From contig CDPCPM010000285.1 of NCBI GenBank assembly GCA_976551045.1, positions 1,364,001 to 1,428,000 of the forward strand: a DNA stretch of 64,000 bases, in the 5' to 3' direction. Position 1 is the stretch's first letter; the number at the start of each line of letters is the position of its first letter. This document shows positions 38,301 to 52,108 of the stretch, piece after piece. A program made the position numbers and the translations under genes. The notes under the pieces are model-generated. The model was not told the DNA's origin. It saw only the letters and a program-made list of their open reading frames with translations, and ran no database searches. The stretch comes from Glaucostegus cemiculus. Taxonomy: Eukaryota.

Positions 38301-38545
38301 GAGGAGAAATTTCTTTAGCCAGTGTGTAGTGAAATTATGGAATTCTTTGCCACGTACACCTGTGGAGGCCCAATCATTGGAGGCATTTAAGGTGGAGATT
38401 GATAGGTATCTAATTAGTCAAGGTATCAAGGGATATGGGGATAAGGCCAGAAATTGGGGCTAGATAGGAATAGTATTAGTTTAGCTCATGGAGCAGACTC
38501 AATAAGCCGAATGGCCTACTTCTGCTCCTTTGTCTTGTCATCTTG
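35395..38545 (+). mobile_element. Long CR1 LINE (endonuclease C-half, RT, 3' tail), frameshifted and interrupted by a Rex-Babar copy
   Basis: Endonuclease motifs GVIYRPPNS, EPTRG..LDWVL and DHNMVEF (35465); RT motifs in ORFs 36343, 36922, 37692 and 38056; tail GCCGAATGGCCTACTTCTGCTCC. Confidence 0.93.
37110..37612 (+). mobile_element. Rex-Babar LINE 3' end inserted into the CR1 RT
   Basis: Encodes IMADPSHPSHHLFTILPSGRR...RTTRLNDSFFPQAIR; tail GTGACAATAAAACTGATTCTGA; GAGT on both flanks. Confidence 0.9.
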
Positions 38546-39164
38546 TATGCGTCCTTCCGTTTGTCTGCCCTCGCCCCCCCCCCCCCCATTTGATCTTTTT
38601 TCTCCTCTATCTCAACCTTCTTTTTGAGGACATACAGTTGGTGGGAGAACTAAAAGTAGCAATGTTTTGGAATACCAGAAAGAATAAACTCTGATTTTTA
38701 AGCAGTGGAATTTTCTGAGACCCTAGTCTCTGATTCTTTAACAGTCATTGTAACATTTTAGGATTTAGTGAAAGGGTTTGAAAGAAAAAAATCCTCCTTT
38801 GTTCTGTTAGGGCAGGAGGTGCCTGACTTCTGCTACTTATGCAGGGCTTCAATGTGCTTCCAATGCATGGACTTGATACCATCCTGAATTGTGGAGGTAA
38901 TATTGCAGTGAGAATGATTGGAAAAAAGTGTTGGGGTAATATCACAGCCTTATTCACACCAGAAACAAAATAGCAGGTAAACAGCTGCATTAAATGTGTA
39001 GTAGTTAATAACCAAAAGTTACACTGCTTTAGTGCCTTATTATGACAATTGATCTGGTTGTGATCATGTAGCATAGTTTAAACTGCTGCACTGTCCTGGA
39101 AGAGAAGATATTGTGGAGACTCTCTGAATTTGCATTATTTGAAAACCAAAACTAAATACATCAA

Positions 39165-39255
39165 GATTAGATTAGATACCTTTACTAGTCGCATGTACAT
39201 CAAAACACACAGTGAAATGCATCTTTGTGTAGAGTGTTCTGGGGACAGCCCGCAA
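39165..39255 (-). mobile_element. 3' fragment of the Rex-tailed SINE family seen at 6756-7057
   Basis: CATGTACATCAAAACACACAGTGAAATGCATC...GTGTTCTGGGGACAGCCCGCAA. Confidence 0.75.
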
Positions 39256-40356
39256 CTTAAATAAACTGTAGTTTGGATTGTGAAGAGTTTAGTGTTAACT
39301 CAACAAAGCATTTCAACTAATTGGACAAAAGATCACGGTGAGCTATATATATAGATGCCAGTCCTACTAAAAGGACATAATAAATCTAATGAAATGAAGT
39401 GCTGTTTGAAGTTGTATTTGTATCTGACAAACCAAAATAGATCCAGAAAGTTATTAAGTTTTCATTTTACTTAGAAAAATGCTCAACCATGCTTGAGAAT
39501 TCCTCACAGTTCAAAATGCATGATTTTTCTCGTATAGTTGTTTTAATACTTCTAGAACTTATCTAGGTGTCAGAAGTAGCTTTCAGATTAACTCAGAATA
39601 GGAGTTTATTTCTTCTTAATGTTACTATTCTTATGGGCTATTTTAATTTATTTCTTCATTTTCACTAATGCCCAGCAGCATTCCACTTTTATTTAATCCT
39701 GTTATTATTGCTCATTAATCCACTGGTTTTGGGTGGTATTTTTAACATAGCTGCCACTAGCAGTTTTCAAATATTTGATTGCAGAAAATTGAACAAAAAG
39801 TATATTTTCAATGATTTAAAATGTTAAAATACTACTGGAAAAAATAGAAGTTACACTTATAAAATTGGAGCTCATGAGAATTTTGTTAAGTGTAATGTAT
39901 TACTTCTTATCTGCATATTACCAGACAGTTAGGGTTAGGGTTATACCTTGTAGGAGGTATGCTAATCAGAAACATTCATTCCTCTCCTGCCATGACCACT
40001 AAGACCATGACTTTCCTTTCAGAGCAGTGGGTGGCTTCCTATGATACGTTTGCACAGATATTCATAACCATAAAATGTTTGACACCTTATGTAGAAGTCA
40101 CTACTGGCTGTATGTATCCTGGGATCTAAAACTGATTGGCGGAGACAGAATTGGAGGATGAGTAAATTTAGAGGGGGGTGGGGGGAAGGCTTGCAGTTGT
40201 AACTGTTAAGTTTTATGCTTTTATAATTGGAATTGAGAACTGAGCGATGGGCAAGGCTAGAAAAAAATTCTATTATACATGTCTTGGTAACCAATCCATT
40301 CAGCCTAAACCTGATGTTATAAATGAGAACCATCAAGAAAGAGATCATAAAAGAAT

Positions 40357-40927
40357 CCGCTGCTGGGCGGAAGTCCCTCCAGAGGATAGTTAGGGCTGCG
40401 GAGTGGATCATAGGTGTCTCGCTTCCATCCCTCGCAGACATATACAAAGACCGTTGTGTGAGGAAGACCAAAAGCATAATGGCCGACCCTTCTCACCCCT
40501 CCCATCACCTCTTTACAATTTTGCCATCAGGGAGGAGGCTTAAATGTATCAGGGCAAGAACAACCAGGCTGAACAATAGCTTCTTTCCGCAAGCCAGCAG
40601 AACTGCAAACTCTCTCATCCCTCCATCTTCCTTGTTAACACTAGGAGATGCTAGGGGCACAGACATGCAGCAGCACTTTAAATGTCCGACACCAGCCCGT
40701 TCACTTCACTTTAATAACTATTTATTTATTTACCGGCCATTTTTAATTTAATCTGCGTACTAATTTAATTTTAACTTCCGTAGTGTTTAATGTTTTTTAA
40801 TGTTTATTCTGTTAAGTGTGTCTGTGTTGGTTGTTATTTTATGGGACGAGCACCTGAGGAGGACGGTATCTCGCTCCTATGCATACTATGTATGTATATG
40901 GTTGTGACAATAAAACTGATTCTGATC
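40357..40927 (+). mobile_element. Rex-Babar LINE 3' end, near-identical to 37110-37612
   Basis: Encodes RKSLQRIVRAAEWIIGVSLPSL..DPSHPSHHLF..SFFPQA; same tail. Confidence 0.9.
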
Positions 40928-43528
40928 ATTCAAAATGCATCTGATAAAACCAAATATCTATGTGGAATTCTTTCATGCTTCAGAACTATTTTTCTTTTTA
41001 TTTACAGGCTGTTTTAAAGTTGACTTGGATAATTTTTTAGTACTGCTATCTCAAGATGAAGCACAGAAACCTTTAACTAATGCTGGAGAAGACCAAAACC
41101 AATGTAATGTTTGTCCCTTCTCTGCTTCCTGTACAGCCCTTTTGAAAAACTGGAAATTACACAAATAACTTTTTTTTTAAGATAACGAAATCCAATCTTT
41201 GGAATGAAACACATCACCCAGTAAGGGTCACACACAGGAGCATGAGTCAGCAACAGGTTTCAAACAAGCGGGCTTGTTTCAATGTATATTGTTCAACCAA
41301 GGAAGATTGTGTATGAGCAAAACAGCCACGACTACTGTTGGATTATTCAGACACTTGAGATGTTGACTTCAAATTATACTGGGTATAAAGACATACAGGT
41401 GCAGAACCTTAAATTGTTTTAATTTGCAAGTGTAATAGTGCACTTTTCAAAACCACTTATTTTATTAGTCATTTGCAGGTTTTAAATGTTCCTATATTAA
41501 ATATGAACCCAGATAATGGTAGAAGGTAGCATTTTAGTAACATTAAGCTGAATTGTCCCATATTGTTCATTTTAGTTGATGTTTACAAAGTATTTACATC
41601 TTGATTTAGGGAATAATTCCTTGTAGAATATGTTGGATTCGTGCATAAAATATGATGAAAAGCAGTGTTAACATAGATGTGGATTATTTTTACTGGAGTA
41701 GAAAATTGTGTAAATTTCTAGGTATATAAAACTGTGCTATGATTGTATTAATATAATTATTAGGTTGAATTATTTATTTAAGCAGAGATTTAACACTGTT
41801 TTCAGTTAATTTGCTACATTCTCTTGTTTCAGTTCCAGGTGGTATAACACAACTTGTATTTTTATTTTCAATTGCTTTACTTTCCTCACGCACAGCTGAT
41901 AATATATTCAGTTTAATTTTTCTTATATTAAAATGAAACCAAACAGTAAATTTTCTTAAGTACTGAGTCAATTTCTTTAATTTTTCATGATGTATTTTCA
42001 TTTCTTGCATCAGTAATGTAATGTATAGAAGTTTTACCTGCCTCACTACATGTAAGTGCTCTAATTGTATGGCTAGGTGATAAGATTGTGATTTTTTGAA
42101 ACAGAAAACATTGAACAGTTATGAATAGAGCTACATCAGTGACTAATCAAAATTAACAACAGGACTGATTGTGGTAAATGAACCAAATACCAGACGACCG
42201 AAGACGACCAAAACAGCAGGAGCAGCAAAACACCCTAAAAAACAAAACATCCCTTTAAAGCTGCAGCTGCCATACTGTAAGTACACCTGACTATGCAATA
42301 ACTAAATATCAACAATGAATCTCCAACAAAGAAAGGCCAACTGTAGAATCATGGATATGACAAAATAAAAAGGTATCATAATTTAGTTATATATTTAATT
42401 GTTGAAATGCTTTAAGAAAAGATTTGAATTGCAATCAGCTACTTCAAAATATGCACGTAAAAGCTAACTCTTAAATACTTATAATGTTGTATCTATCTCA
42501 GCTGTGGATTATCTGTTATTTTTCTTGCACTTTCCATTTTCTTTTCCCTACTTACTCCTTTTTCCTCCTTTTAAAAAAAAGGAGGACAATGTGAGAATTT
42601 TAATTCTTGTTTTTCTCTCTCTCCACTAGAAAATCCAATTAAAACTGGCTGTATAATTTTAATCCACAAGCTAATTAGTCAAACTAGTTTAAACTGAAAC
42701 CTTAAACTAATGGAGGTATACCCCAGTTTCAAGCAGATGGAATATTAGATGCTATGTTAGCTATCTCAGGATGTGGCTTTCTATACCATTTATTTGTAGA
42801 GGTGAAGTTGTAGGTTCTTTCAATATAAACTTTCCCATTTACTTTCTCACAAAACTGATTTCATTTAACATCTTGCTTAATGTGGTTATTTATTCATTTT
42901 CCTATTGATTCCTGTACAAATAAGTTTAAATCTCACTTGGACACTAGCATTACCAATTTTTTTGTTATCTTAACAGGTTAACTCTCTTATAAATGGTGGG
43001 TTGCTGAATTTAATGAATGTTTCCATCTAAGATTTTTCAATGAAGATTTTATTATTTTAAGCTGTGGCTAGTGCTCTGCCACAACATATATTGCCCCTCC
43101 CAAATGTATTAATTGTATATCTTCAGAAAATGTTTTAAATAGTATCAATGAAAATTAAACTAACTTATACCCTTGAACATGCATTCCAGTGAAGACACCT
43201 AATATACAATAAATATTGTGACAGCAATGATTTCAGATTTTATCAGATTACTTTGACTGAACATTTATTATAAAATAACTAATAAGTATGGTCTTAAGTT
43301 TTGTAAATACTACAGTTGAACTGTATAATGTATTTTTCCTTATCTTGTAGTTAACATTATCAGATTGTGCTATTGGGTAACTACTAAAGAGAAATTATTG
43401 TTAGTCACTCTGAAATCCACAACTTTACGTACTTAATTTCTATCAATATGCAAAGGACATATTGTAAAAATACCAACACCTTCAGTAACCACAATGTAAA
43501 CAGTACAAATGCTAAGGGTGGAAACATT

Positions 43529-44086
43529 GGCTCAGAATTTGTGGTTTAAACAAACAAAACTGTCAATACCCTTTACTGTTACACTGCAAAACCAACAGCA
43601 GCTTCTGGTGTACAGAGATTCTCAGTTAAATGTGGCAATCCAAAAGCAGCTGTAAGTGACAAACTGCCCCTCCTTGAACATACAGAATCAAAGATTTGAT
43701 GTGAAATGTAACTTTTCATGCACTATTCTCACTGTAAAAGATTGGAAAAGTTAAGACTTGCTTTGAGCAATGTAACAGTTTTCAATATATAAGCAATACT
43801 TACTGCCTGGCCCTTGAAATATATTATAGTGCACCACCTCCATAAATATTATTTTACCTTCCACAAAGATTGGAGCAGATAGAATTCTATCACTTTTCAT
43901 AGTTAAATTTCATAATGTTTATTACTTAAAATCTATATCTGATTGTTTAACCTGCTGGTGCCAGAGGTGAAAATTTCAGAAGCAGTGGAAACTGACACTA
44001 CAAAACAGGTTATATCATGATGGGCAGTTTTCTTTAAGATCAATGGTGACTGTCATTCCTTCGCTGCCAACCATGAAATCTGGGCC
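43529..44086. mobile_element. Possible old MITE with imperfect terminal inverted repeats
   Basis: GGCTCAGAATTTGTGGTT (43529) versus AACCATGAAATCTGGGCC (44069-44086), 14/18 complementary; no clear target-site duplication. Confidence 0.35.
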
Positions 44087-44200
44087 GCTGTCACAGAGAA
44101 GTCATTTTTTTAATACAAATCATTTGTTTGAAGATTATTTTGAATGTGTTGTTTATCTATAACTGACTGAAAATTAGTATATTAATGTTCAATGGATCAG

Positions 44201-44232
44201 AATAAATATTAGATTGGTTCATCTTTAATAAA
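44201..44232 (+). terminator. Candidate PLCE1 polyadenylation signals (two AATAAA)
   Basis: AATAAA at 44201 and 44227 at the end of the UTR-like tract; repeat fragments follow at about 44340-44640. Confidence 0.4.
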
Positions 44233-44949
44233 AAGTCTGTATTTTATCCACTGCCCATCTCAGTTCAAATGCTGATATGATGCATCTCTGGACTCAATTA
44301 TTTCACACATACTCATTGCTAGTCTCCCTCATCCAGTTTTTATAGAGAGGAACCTACAAAGCACTGTTGCTGTATCCTGACTCTCACTATTACCTCTGGA
44401 TAAACAGTATCTCAAATTTCACTTGATCTTGTTGTTCAGTTACCTCTCTCATCATGATCTCCTGCAAACCCTTAAATATTTGTATTTCTCCAATTCTGGT
44501 CTTTTGATTATCCCCAAATTTAATCACTCTATTACTGGCGATTGAGCCTAATCTGTGGAGTTGAAGCAAAAGATCAGGTCATGCATGAGTTTATTGAAGG
44601 CAGCAGGCTGAGGGTCCATGTGGCCAATTCCTATTATTCAACAAAATACAAAAGAAAGGTCAAGGAAACAAAAAAATGTATTGCTCCATTCAGAGATCAG
44701 GCTGAAATGTTTCAGCTGCATTTTACTGTTTGGCTTCATTTTCTCTCACCAAATTAACACTGCAAATTTCAAGCAATTTAACATATATAATCAGAATAAA
44801 TAAATATCTAGAAAATTTGGGCACTGTGTGTCTATAGCAGTGGAAAGAAACCGTAAAACAATAAAAAGGTCTAAGATAAATAAGATGCTGTTTAAACATG
44901 GTCTATGAGGTACATAGCACCACCAACTGGATAAAATAAATACCCAACA

Positions 44950-44955
44950 TTTATT
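44950..44955 (-). terminator. Candidate NOC3L polyadenylation signal
   Basis: AATAAA on the minus strand about 850 bp past the NOC3L stop, followed by GT/T-rich sequence. Confidence 0.4.
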
Positions 44956-45806
44956 ATTATATTCTAGACAGCAATCAATATAACATGGTAAGTCTGCCTT
45001 TATAGATATATTGTAGCAAAATAATGTGAATTTTTGCAAGAACTCACCCACCAGAAACATACTTACAAATGAGCATTTAATTCATTGCTGTTCATATGCT
45101 TTCACACAAATATTTCTCACAGTTAAACATTAAACAATAAGCACCTAATAGTTCTTAACCAACCTTGTATAAAGTAATCTTTAAAGGCAATATGCTTTTA
45201 ATGATAATGGGAGAATAACTTTCTTATGTGACTGAAATCAGAAAGTTGGAATGGAAGTATTCTAGGTTAGGTAGATAATATTTTCTGAAATTTTGAAGTG
45301 ATTTTTTTCTGTAGGGAAGCATAAAATAACAAGTTTCAGGCAACTAGAAAAGTATTTTTTAGATTCCATGTTAAAGAACAAGTTTGCATTAGTGGTTTTC
45401 AGATCCATAGGATGTCAAAGCACAGAAAATTAATATTAGTCAAGGTTATGCCAGATATTTATTACTTAAAAGTAACATTCTGAATTACTACAAAGTTTGC
45501 ATGTTACTGTCACTTAAGGCAAGAAATTTTATACTAATCCATACAAAATTCAAGAATTTTTTTGTCACAATCTTATCTATCCAATAAAAATAAAACAGGT
45601 TGCCATATAATTTAATTTATACATACAACCTGTTATTCTTGCCATTAAATCTGAATTAACAAGGCTATTCTAGATTCATAAATGTTTACATATTACACAT
45701 TCACCATGGATGCCATGAATAACCTAGAACCGCAGAGCAAACTTAACACTAATAAACCAATCTTCAGCTATTCAAGCTTTGCTTATAATCTTTGTTTGTT
45801 TAGTAA

Positions 45807-45941
45807 TTACCATTCTGTACATGACTGTTTGTGCAAATCTTCAGCAAATTTGAGATCATCGATGTTGGAAGGATTTTCAAGAAGCAGGTTTATTTGATTT
45901 TGTAACTCTGAATCAAGGAATGCACCCTGCATTGCTGACTT
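45807..45941 (-). CDS. NOC3L: NOC3L last coding exon: KSAMQGAFLDSELQNQINLLLENPSNIDDLKFAEDLHKQSCTEW*
   Basis: Acceptor ttttgatttcag; phase 0; resembles the human C-terminus QGDSFLNEDLNQLI..LDF; TAA at 45809-45807. Confidence 0.85.
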   Translation of the reverse strand, partial: KSAMQGAFLDSELQNQINLLLENPSNIDDLKFAEDLHKQSCTEW

Positions 45942-46749
45942 CTGAAATCAAAACAGCACAAATTTTTAGTCTAGAACTGCAAGAACATACTATTAAGCAC
46001 AACAATACAAAACAACAATCTTAATAATGACAAAAACACACATCTTTCTAACCTGAATGAATCAAAGTTGCAATGAAAGGCTTATGGGTCAGGTATATAG
46101 TCTTTGTAAGATTATTTCTTTCCTCAGGCAAGAACTATTAGTGAAATTTCTTGCCATGGTACAAAGTCACTTTAAGATTTTATGTAATCAGATTGTTGGT
46201 CAGTGTTTGATATCACAGATCAGACCTTGCTAAGCCAGGCCTCCTGTCACTATAACCAAGGAGAAGGGCCCATTCTGCTGGCCTAAATTACCTGGACCCC
46301 AGCACCAGATAGCCTGAGCACCAACAGAGCCTCCAATGGTGCAATGAAGCATTGTCTTCAAACCACACTCAACCTAACCCCATCCCCCACCCAAAAAACT
46401 TTGGTAGTTTTTTTTTTAAAAGCCAAGCATTTAAAAACTTTATTTTAATGGGAAAAATAATTACTTAAAACCAAAGTCATTGAAAAGGGAACTACAATTC
46501 TTTGCTTTATAATCTGTAAACTACAGTTCCCATTGGAATGAATGAGATTGTGGAACCTCCTGCACATCAAGCCCAATACAGAATCCAAGAAGTGATTAAC
46601 CAGCATATGTGAATGTAAAACAGAGCTCTGCTTCTACATTCCACAGGTAAATCAACAAATTCGGCATTATAAATCTGCTAGTATAATGAGGACTTCTGTA
46701 CTGACAATACATGAAGAATCTCAAGACTTGCTTCCATTACACTACTAAA

Positions 46750-49700
46750 TACGGAATAGGCCTTCAGCCAATGATATCTGTGCTGACCATGAATCCAATC
46801 TAAACTAATCCCAATTGCCTGCAAAAGGTCTTGCCTCAATGCTTCTTAAACATTGCTGTTGTATCTACTTCTACCACCTCCCCTGGCAACACACTCCAGA
46901 CACGTACTTCCTTCTGTGTGTTAAAAAAAGGCCTTGTAAATCTCCTTTAAACTTTCCCCATCACCTTAAACCCACGCGTCAGAGTGATACAGTAAGGAAA
47001 CAGGCTCTTGGGCCCATGCCGAGGGTGTTGCCCAGTGAACTAATCCCACCTGCCAGCATTTAGCCTTAAGCCCTCTAAATCATCCATGTATTTATCTAGA
47101 TGGCTTTTAAGTGTTGCTAGTGTGCCCACCTCAACCAGTATTTCTGGCAGCTCATTCCAAATACACACCACCCTTTGCATGAAGAAGCTGCCCCTGATGC
47201 CTCCTTTTAAATCTCATGCCTCGGATCTTAAACTTATATCCTCTTTGTTTTTAGCACCTCTCCCTGGGAAAAAGACTCTATGCTTTCACCCTGTCTATGC
47301 CCCTCATGATCTTATATACCTCTATCAGGTTACCCTCAATCTCCTATGTTCCAGGGAATACATTCCACTCTACGCAACCTCTCCTTGTAACTCAGGCCCC
47401 TAAGTCCAGGCAGCATCCTGGTAATTCTTTTTGCACTCTTTCTAATTTAATAACATCTTTCCTATAACAGGATGACGGAAGTGATACACAACATTCCAAG
47501 TGAGGTCTCACTAATGTCTTCTATAACTGCATTAAAACTTCCCAACTCTTATACTCAGTGCCCTGATTGATGAAGGCCAGTGTGCCAAACGTCACCTTCA
47601 CCAACCTACCTACCTGTGACGCCACTTTCAGTGAAATATGCACTTGCACTCCTAGGTCCATTTGTTCCAGAACACTCCCCAGGGCCATACCATTCACAGT
47701 GCAAGTCCAACCCTGGTCTGATCTCCCAAAATGCAATACCTCACATTTATCTGGATTGAAAGCCATTAGCCAATCCTCAACCCACATACCTAGCTGATTA
47801 AGGTTCACCTATAATTTTGCATAACCTTCTACACTGTCTACAAACTATTTTAGTATCATCCACAAACTTACCAACAATGCCTTATACATTCACATCAAAA
47901 TCATTTGTTGTTTGAAGTCCCAGCACCAACCCATGGCACACCACTAGCAACAGGCCTCCAGTCTGAGAAACTATGCCCTCCAGTATTTGACATTTCAATC
48001 CTGGGGAAAAACTCTCAACTGCATCTATGCCTCTCATAATGTTATATATTTCTATCAGATCTCCCCTCAGCCCCCAGCACTTCAGAGAAAATAATCCAAC
48101 TTTGTTCAACCTTTTCTTATAACAAATACTCTCCAATCCAGGCAATATCCTGGTGAACCTCTTCGGCACCCTCTCCAAAGTCTTCACATTTTTATTGTAA
48201 TGCGATGACCAGAACGGCACACAACACTCCAAATGTAGACTAACCAATGTTTTTTTTTTGCACAGCTGCAATATGACTTGCCAACTTTTATACTCAGTAC
48301 CCCAAGAGATGAAGACAAGCATATGCCTAGATGTCCTAGCACTGATCCTTGTGGAACACCACTGGACACAGACCTCCTGTCAGAATAACACCCCTCCTAC
48401 CACTGCCCTCTGTTTTCTATGACCAAGCCATTTTTATATCCTGTTTACCAATTCACTGTGGATCCCGTGTGACTTAATCTTCTGGACCAGCCTATTAAGA
48501 GGGATCTTGGTGAATACTTTACTAAAATTCATACAGACAACATCCACAGCCCTATCCTCAATCATCTTGGTCACCTTCTTAAAAAATTCATTCAAGTTTG
48601 AGAGACATGACCTCCCCTGCACAAAGCCGTGCTGACTGTCCCTAATAAGTCCATGCTTTTCCAAATGCGAGTTAAATCCTGTCCCTAAGAATCTTCTCCA
48701 TTAATTTCTCTGCCACTGATGCAAGGCTCACTGGCCTATAATTTCCTGGATTATCCTGACTGCCCTTCTTAAACAAAGGAACAACACTGGCTATTCTTCA
48801 GTCTTCTGGGAACTCGCCTGTGGCTAGAGAGAATACAACGGTCAAGAATCCACCCTGATGCAGGTTCTCGGCGCGAACTATCAACATTTCCTTTCCCCTA
48901 CAGATGCTGTGCAGCCCGCTGAGTTCCTCTATCAGTTTTTATGCTCAAGATTCCAGCACCTGCAGCCTCTTATGTCGCCGAGGATACAAGGATCTCTTTC
49001 AAGGCCCCAGCAATCTCCTCCCTTGCCTCTGTCAGCATTCTGGGATAGATCCCATCAGACCCTGGGGAGTTATCCGCATTAATGTTCTTCAACAGACACA
49101 ACTCCTCCTCCTTAATCCCAACATGCCCCAGAATATCAACATAACTTTCTCTGATCCTACTATCATCCACATCCTTCTCCTTGGTGAATACTCATTTAGT
49201 ACCTTGCCCACTTCCTCTGGCTCCCAGCATAAAGTCCTTCCTTTGTCTTTGGGTGCACCCTACCCTTTCCCGAGCTACCCTCTTGTTTTCAATCTATGTG
49301 TAAAATGCCTTGAGAGTTTCCCTAATCCTACTTGCCACGGACATTTCATTGCCCTTTATAGCCCTCCTAGTTGCCTGTTTAAATTCTTTTCTGATTCCTT
49401 TATATTCCTCAAGGGCATTGTCTAATTTCATCTTCCTAAACCTTCTGTTTTACTAAACTTGCAACATTTCTTATTATCCAAGGTTGCCAAACTTCCCCAC
49501 CCTTATCTTTCACCTTCATAGAATCATTCATTGCAAGGCACAGAAGCAGGCTCTTCAGCCCAATTAGTCCATGCCGGCCAAGCTGCCTCCGAGCTAGTCC
49601 CAGTTGCTTGCGTTTGGCCCATATCCCTCTATACCTGCCCTATCCAATGTACCTGTCTAAATGTCTTTTAAATATAACAGCACCTGTCTCTACCATTTCC

Positions 49701-50640
49701 TCTAACAGCTCATTCCACATACCTGCCACCTTATGTGTGAAAAACTTGACCTTCAGAACCTCTAAATGTTTCCCTCTCATCTTAAATCTATGCCTTCTAT
49801 TTTTAGATTCTCCTACCTGGGGAAAAAGACAGTGCACATTCACTATATCTATGCTCCCTCATGATTTTATATACCCCTACAAGATCATCCCTCAGCCTCC
49901 TATGCTCAAGGAGAAACAATCCCATCCCACCCAGTCTCTCCTTACAACTCAAGCTCTCCAAGTCCAGGTAACATCCTTGTGAATCCTTTCTGCACCTTTC
50001 CAGCTTAACAACATTCTTCCTAAAGCTAAGTGACCAGAACTGCACACAGTAATCCAGGTGTGGTCTCAGCAACATATTGTACAGCAGTAACATGACATCC
50101 CAACTCTTGCACACAGGGCCCTGGTTGATGAAGGCAAATATACCAAACAGCTTCTTTACCACCCTGTCTACCTGTGTCATCACTTTCAGGGAACAATGTA
50201 CTTATAACACTAGGTCTTTGTTTATCAACACTCCCCAGGGCCCTGCCATTACTGTGCAAGTCCTGCCCTGGTTTAATTTCCCAAAATGCATCGCTTCACA
50301 CTTGCCCAAGTTAAATTCCATCTGCTATTCTTTGTCCCACTTTCCCAGTTGATCTAGATCCTTTTGTAATCTTAGATAACCTTCCTCACTGTCACTGGTG
50401 TCATCCACAAACCTACTAACCATGCCAACTGCATTCTCATTCAAATCGTTAATAAATACAATAAACTACAGTGAACCCAGCACGGACCCCTGCAGCACAC
50501 GACTGGTCACAGGCCTCCAAGCTGAGTAATAATTCTCCACTACCACTCTCTGACTCCCTCTACCAAGCCAAATTTGCATCCAATTGGCTTGCTCACCCTG
50601 GATCTCATGCAATCTAACCTTCTAGACCAGCCTACCATGT
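46750..50640 (-). mobile_element. Cluster of nested, degenerate CR1 fragments
   Basis: Several minus-strand ORFs with FNPDKCEVLHFG, SGVPQGSVLG, DSQHGFVQGRSCL, SPGSDGIYPRML and LLRPHLDYCVQFW; several CR1 tails. Confidence 0.88.
48850..48976 (+). mobile_element. Penelope-type remnant with a degenerate hammerhead core, inserted into a CR1
   Basis: CCTGATGCAGGTTCTCGGCGCGAACTATC then ACAGATGCTGTGCAGCCCGCTGAGTTCCTC; flanks GAGAATACAA and GAGGATACAA. Confidence 0.6.
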
Positions 50641-52108
50641 GGAATTTTCCCCAGGCTACTTCGAGAGGCGAGGGAGGAGATTATTGAATCACTGGTAAAG
50701 ATCTTTGAGTCCTCGCTGTCCACAGGGATGGTACTGGAGGATTGGAGGATGGCAAATGTTGTCCCCTTGTTCAAAAAAGGTAGTAGGGATAGTCCAGGGA
50801 ATTACAGACCAGTGAGTCTCACGTCTGTTAGAAAGGATTCTAAGGGATAGGATCTATGAACACCTACAGAATCACAGACTGATTAGGGACAGCCAGCATG
50901 GCTTTGTGAAGGGAAGATCTTGCCTCACAAGCCTGATAAGAGTTCTTTGAGGACGTAACAAGGAAGATTGATGAGGGCAGTGCGGTGGATGTGGTCTACA
51001 TGGATTTTAGTAAGGCGTTTGATAAGGTTCCTCATGGTAGGCTTCTTCAGAATGTCAGAGGTTAAGGGATTCAGGGAAGATTGGCTGTGTGGATCAGGAA
51101 TTGGCTTGCCTGTAGAAATCAGAGGATTGTGGTGGAGGGTGTACCCTCAGATTGGAGGGCTGTGACTAGTGGTGTCCTGCAGGGATCTTTTCTGGGACCT
51201 CTACTTTTTGTTGCATTTATAGATGACTTAGATGAGGGGGTGGAAGGCTGGTTTAGTAAGTTTGGCAATGACACTAAGATCAGCAGTGTGGTGGATAGTG
51301 TGGAGGGATGTCGGGGTTTACAGAGGGATATTGATAGGATGCAGAGCAGGGCGGACAAGTGGCAGATGGAGTTCAATCTGGAGAAGTGTGAGGTGGTACA
51401 CTTTGAAAGGACAAACTCCAGGGCAGAGTACAAGGTAAATGGCAGGATTCTGGGTAGTGTGGAGGAGCAGAGGGATCTGGGGGTTCATATCCACAGTTCA
51501 CTGAAAGTTGCCTCACAGGTGGATAGGGCAGGTTAAGAAGGCCCACTGGACGTTAGCTTTCATAAGTCATGGGATAGAGTTTAAGAGCTGCAAAGTGATG
51601 ACGCAGCTTTTCAAAACTCTGGTTAGACCACACTTAAAGTACTGTGTTCAGTTCTGGTCACCGCATTATAGGAAGGATGTGGAGGCGTTGGAGAGTGTAC
51701 AGAGGAAATTTACCAGGATGCTGCCTGGATTAGAGAGTATGGAATATTATGAGAGGCTTAACGTGCTAGGGCTTTACTCACTGGAGAGGAGGAGGATGAG
51801 AGGAGACTTGATAGAGGTGTATAAAATATTGAGAGGAATAGATAGACAGCCAGCACCTCTTTCCTAGGAGAGATGTCAGAGGGAGGTTTCTCACCCAGAG
51901 TGGTTGGTGCATGGAATGCACTGCCTGGGGTGGTGGTGGAAGCAGATACGTTGGACAGGTTCAAGAGATTGTTGGATAGGCATATGGAGGAATGTGGGAT
52001 AGAGGGATATGTGGGAGGAAAGGGTTAGATAGTGAGGTGTGGTTTGATGGACAGCACAACATGGTGGGCCAAAGGGCCTGTATTGTGCTGTATAGTTCTA
52101 TGGTTCTA
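50640..52108 (+). mobile_element. CR1 LINE RT and 3' end, frameshifted
   Basis: ORFs 51081 and 51508 with SGVLQGSFLGP and LVRPHLKYCVQFWSP; tail GGGCCAAAGGGCCTGTATTGTGCTG. Confidence 0.93.

Larger units (their letters stand above)
41008..44250 (+). other. PLCE1: Candidate non-coding terminal exon (3' UTR) of PLCE1
   Basis: Strong acceptor TTTTTCTTTTTATTTACAG|G at 41007; about 3.2 kb AT-rich and LINE-free; AATAAA at 44201 and 44227; would pair with the post-stop donor at 26905. Inferred, with no transcript evidence. Confidence 0.5.

Noticed and set aside
39929-39943. TTAGGG repeat as an interstitial telomere
   Set aside because: Only about 2.5 units, which is expected by chance.
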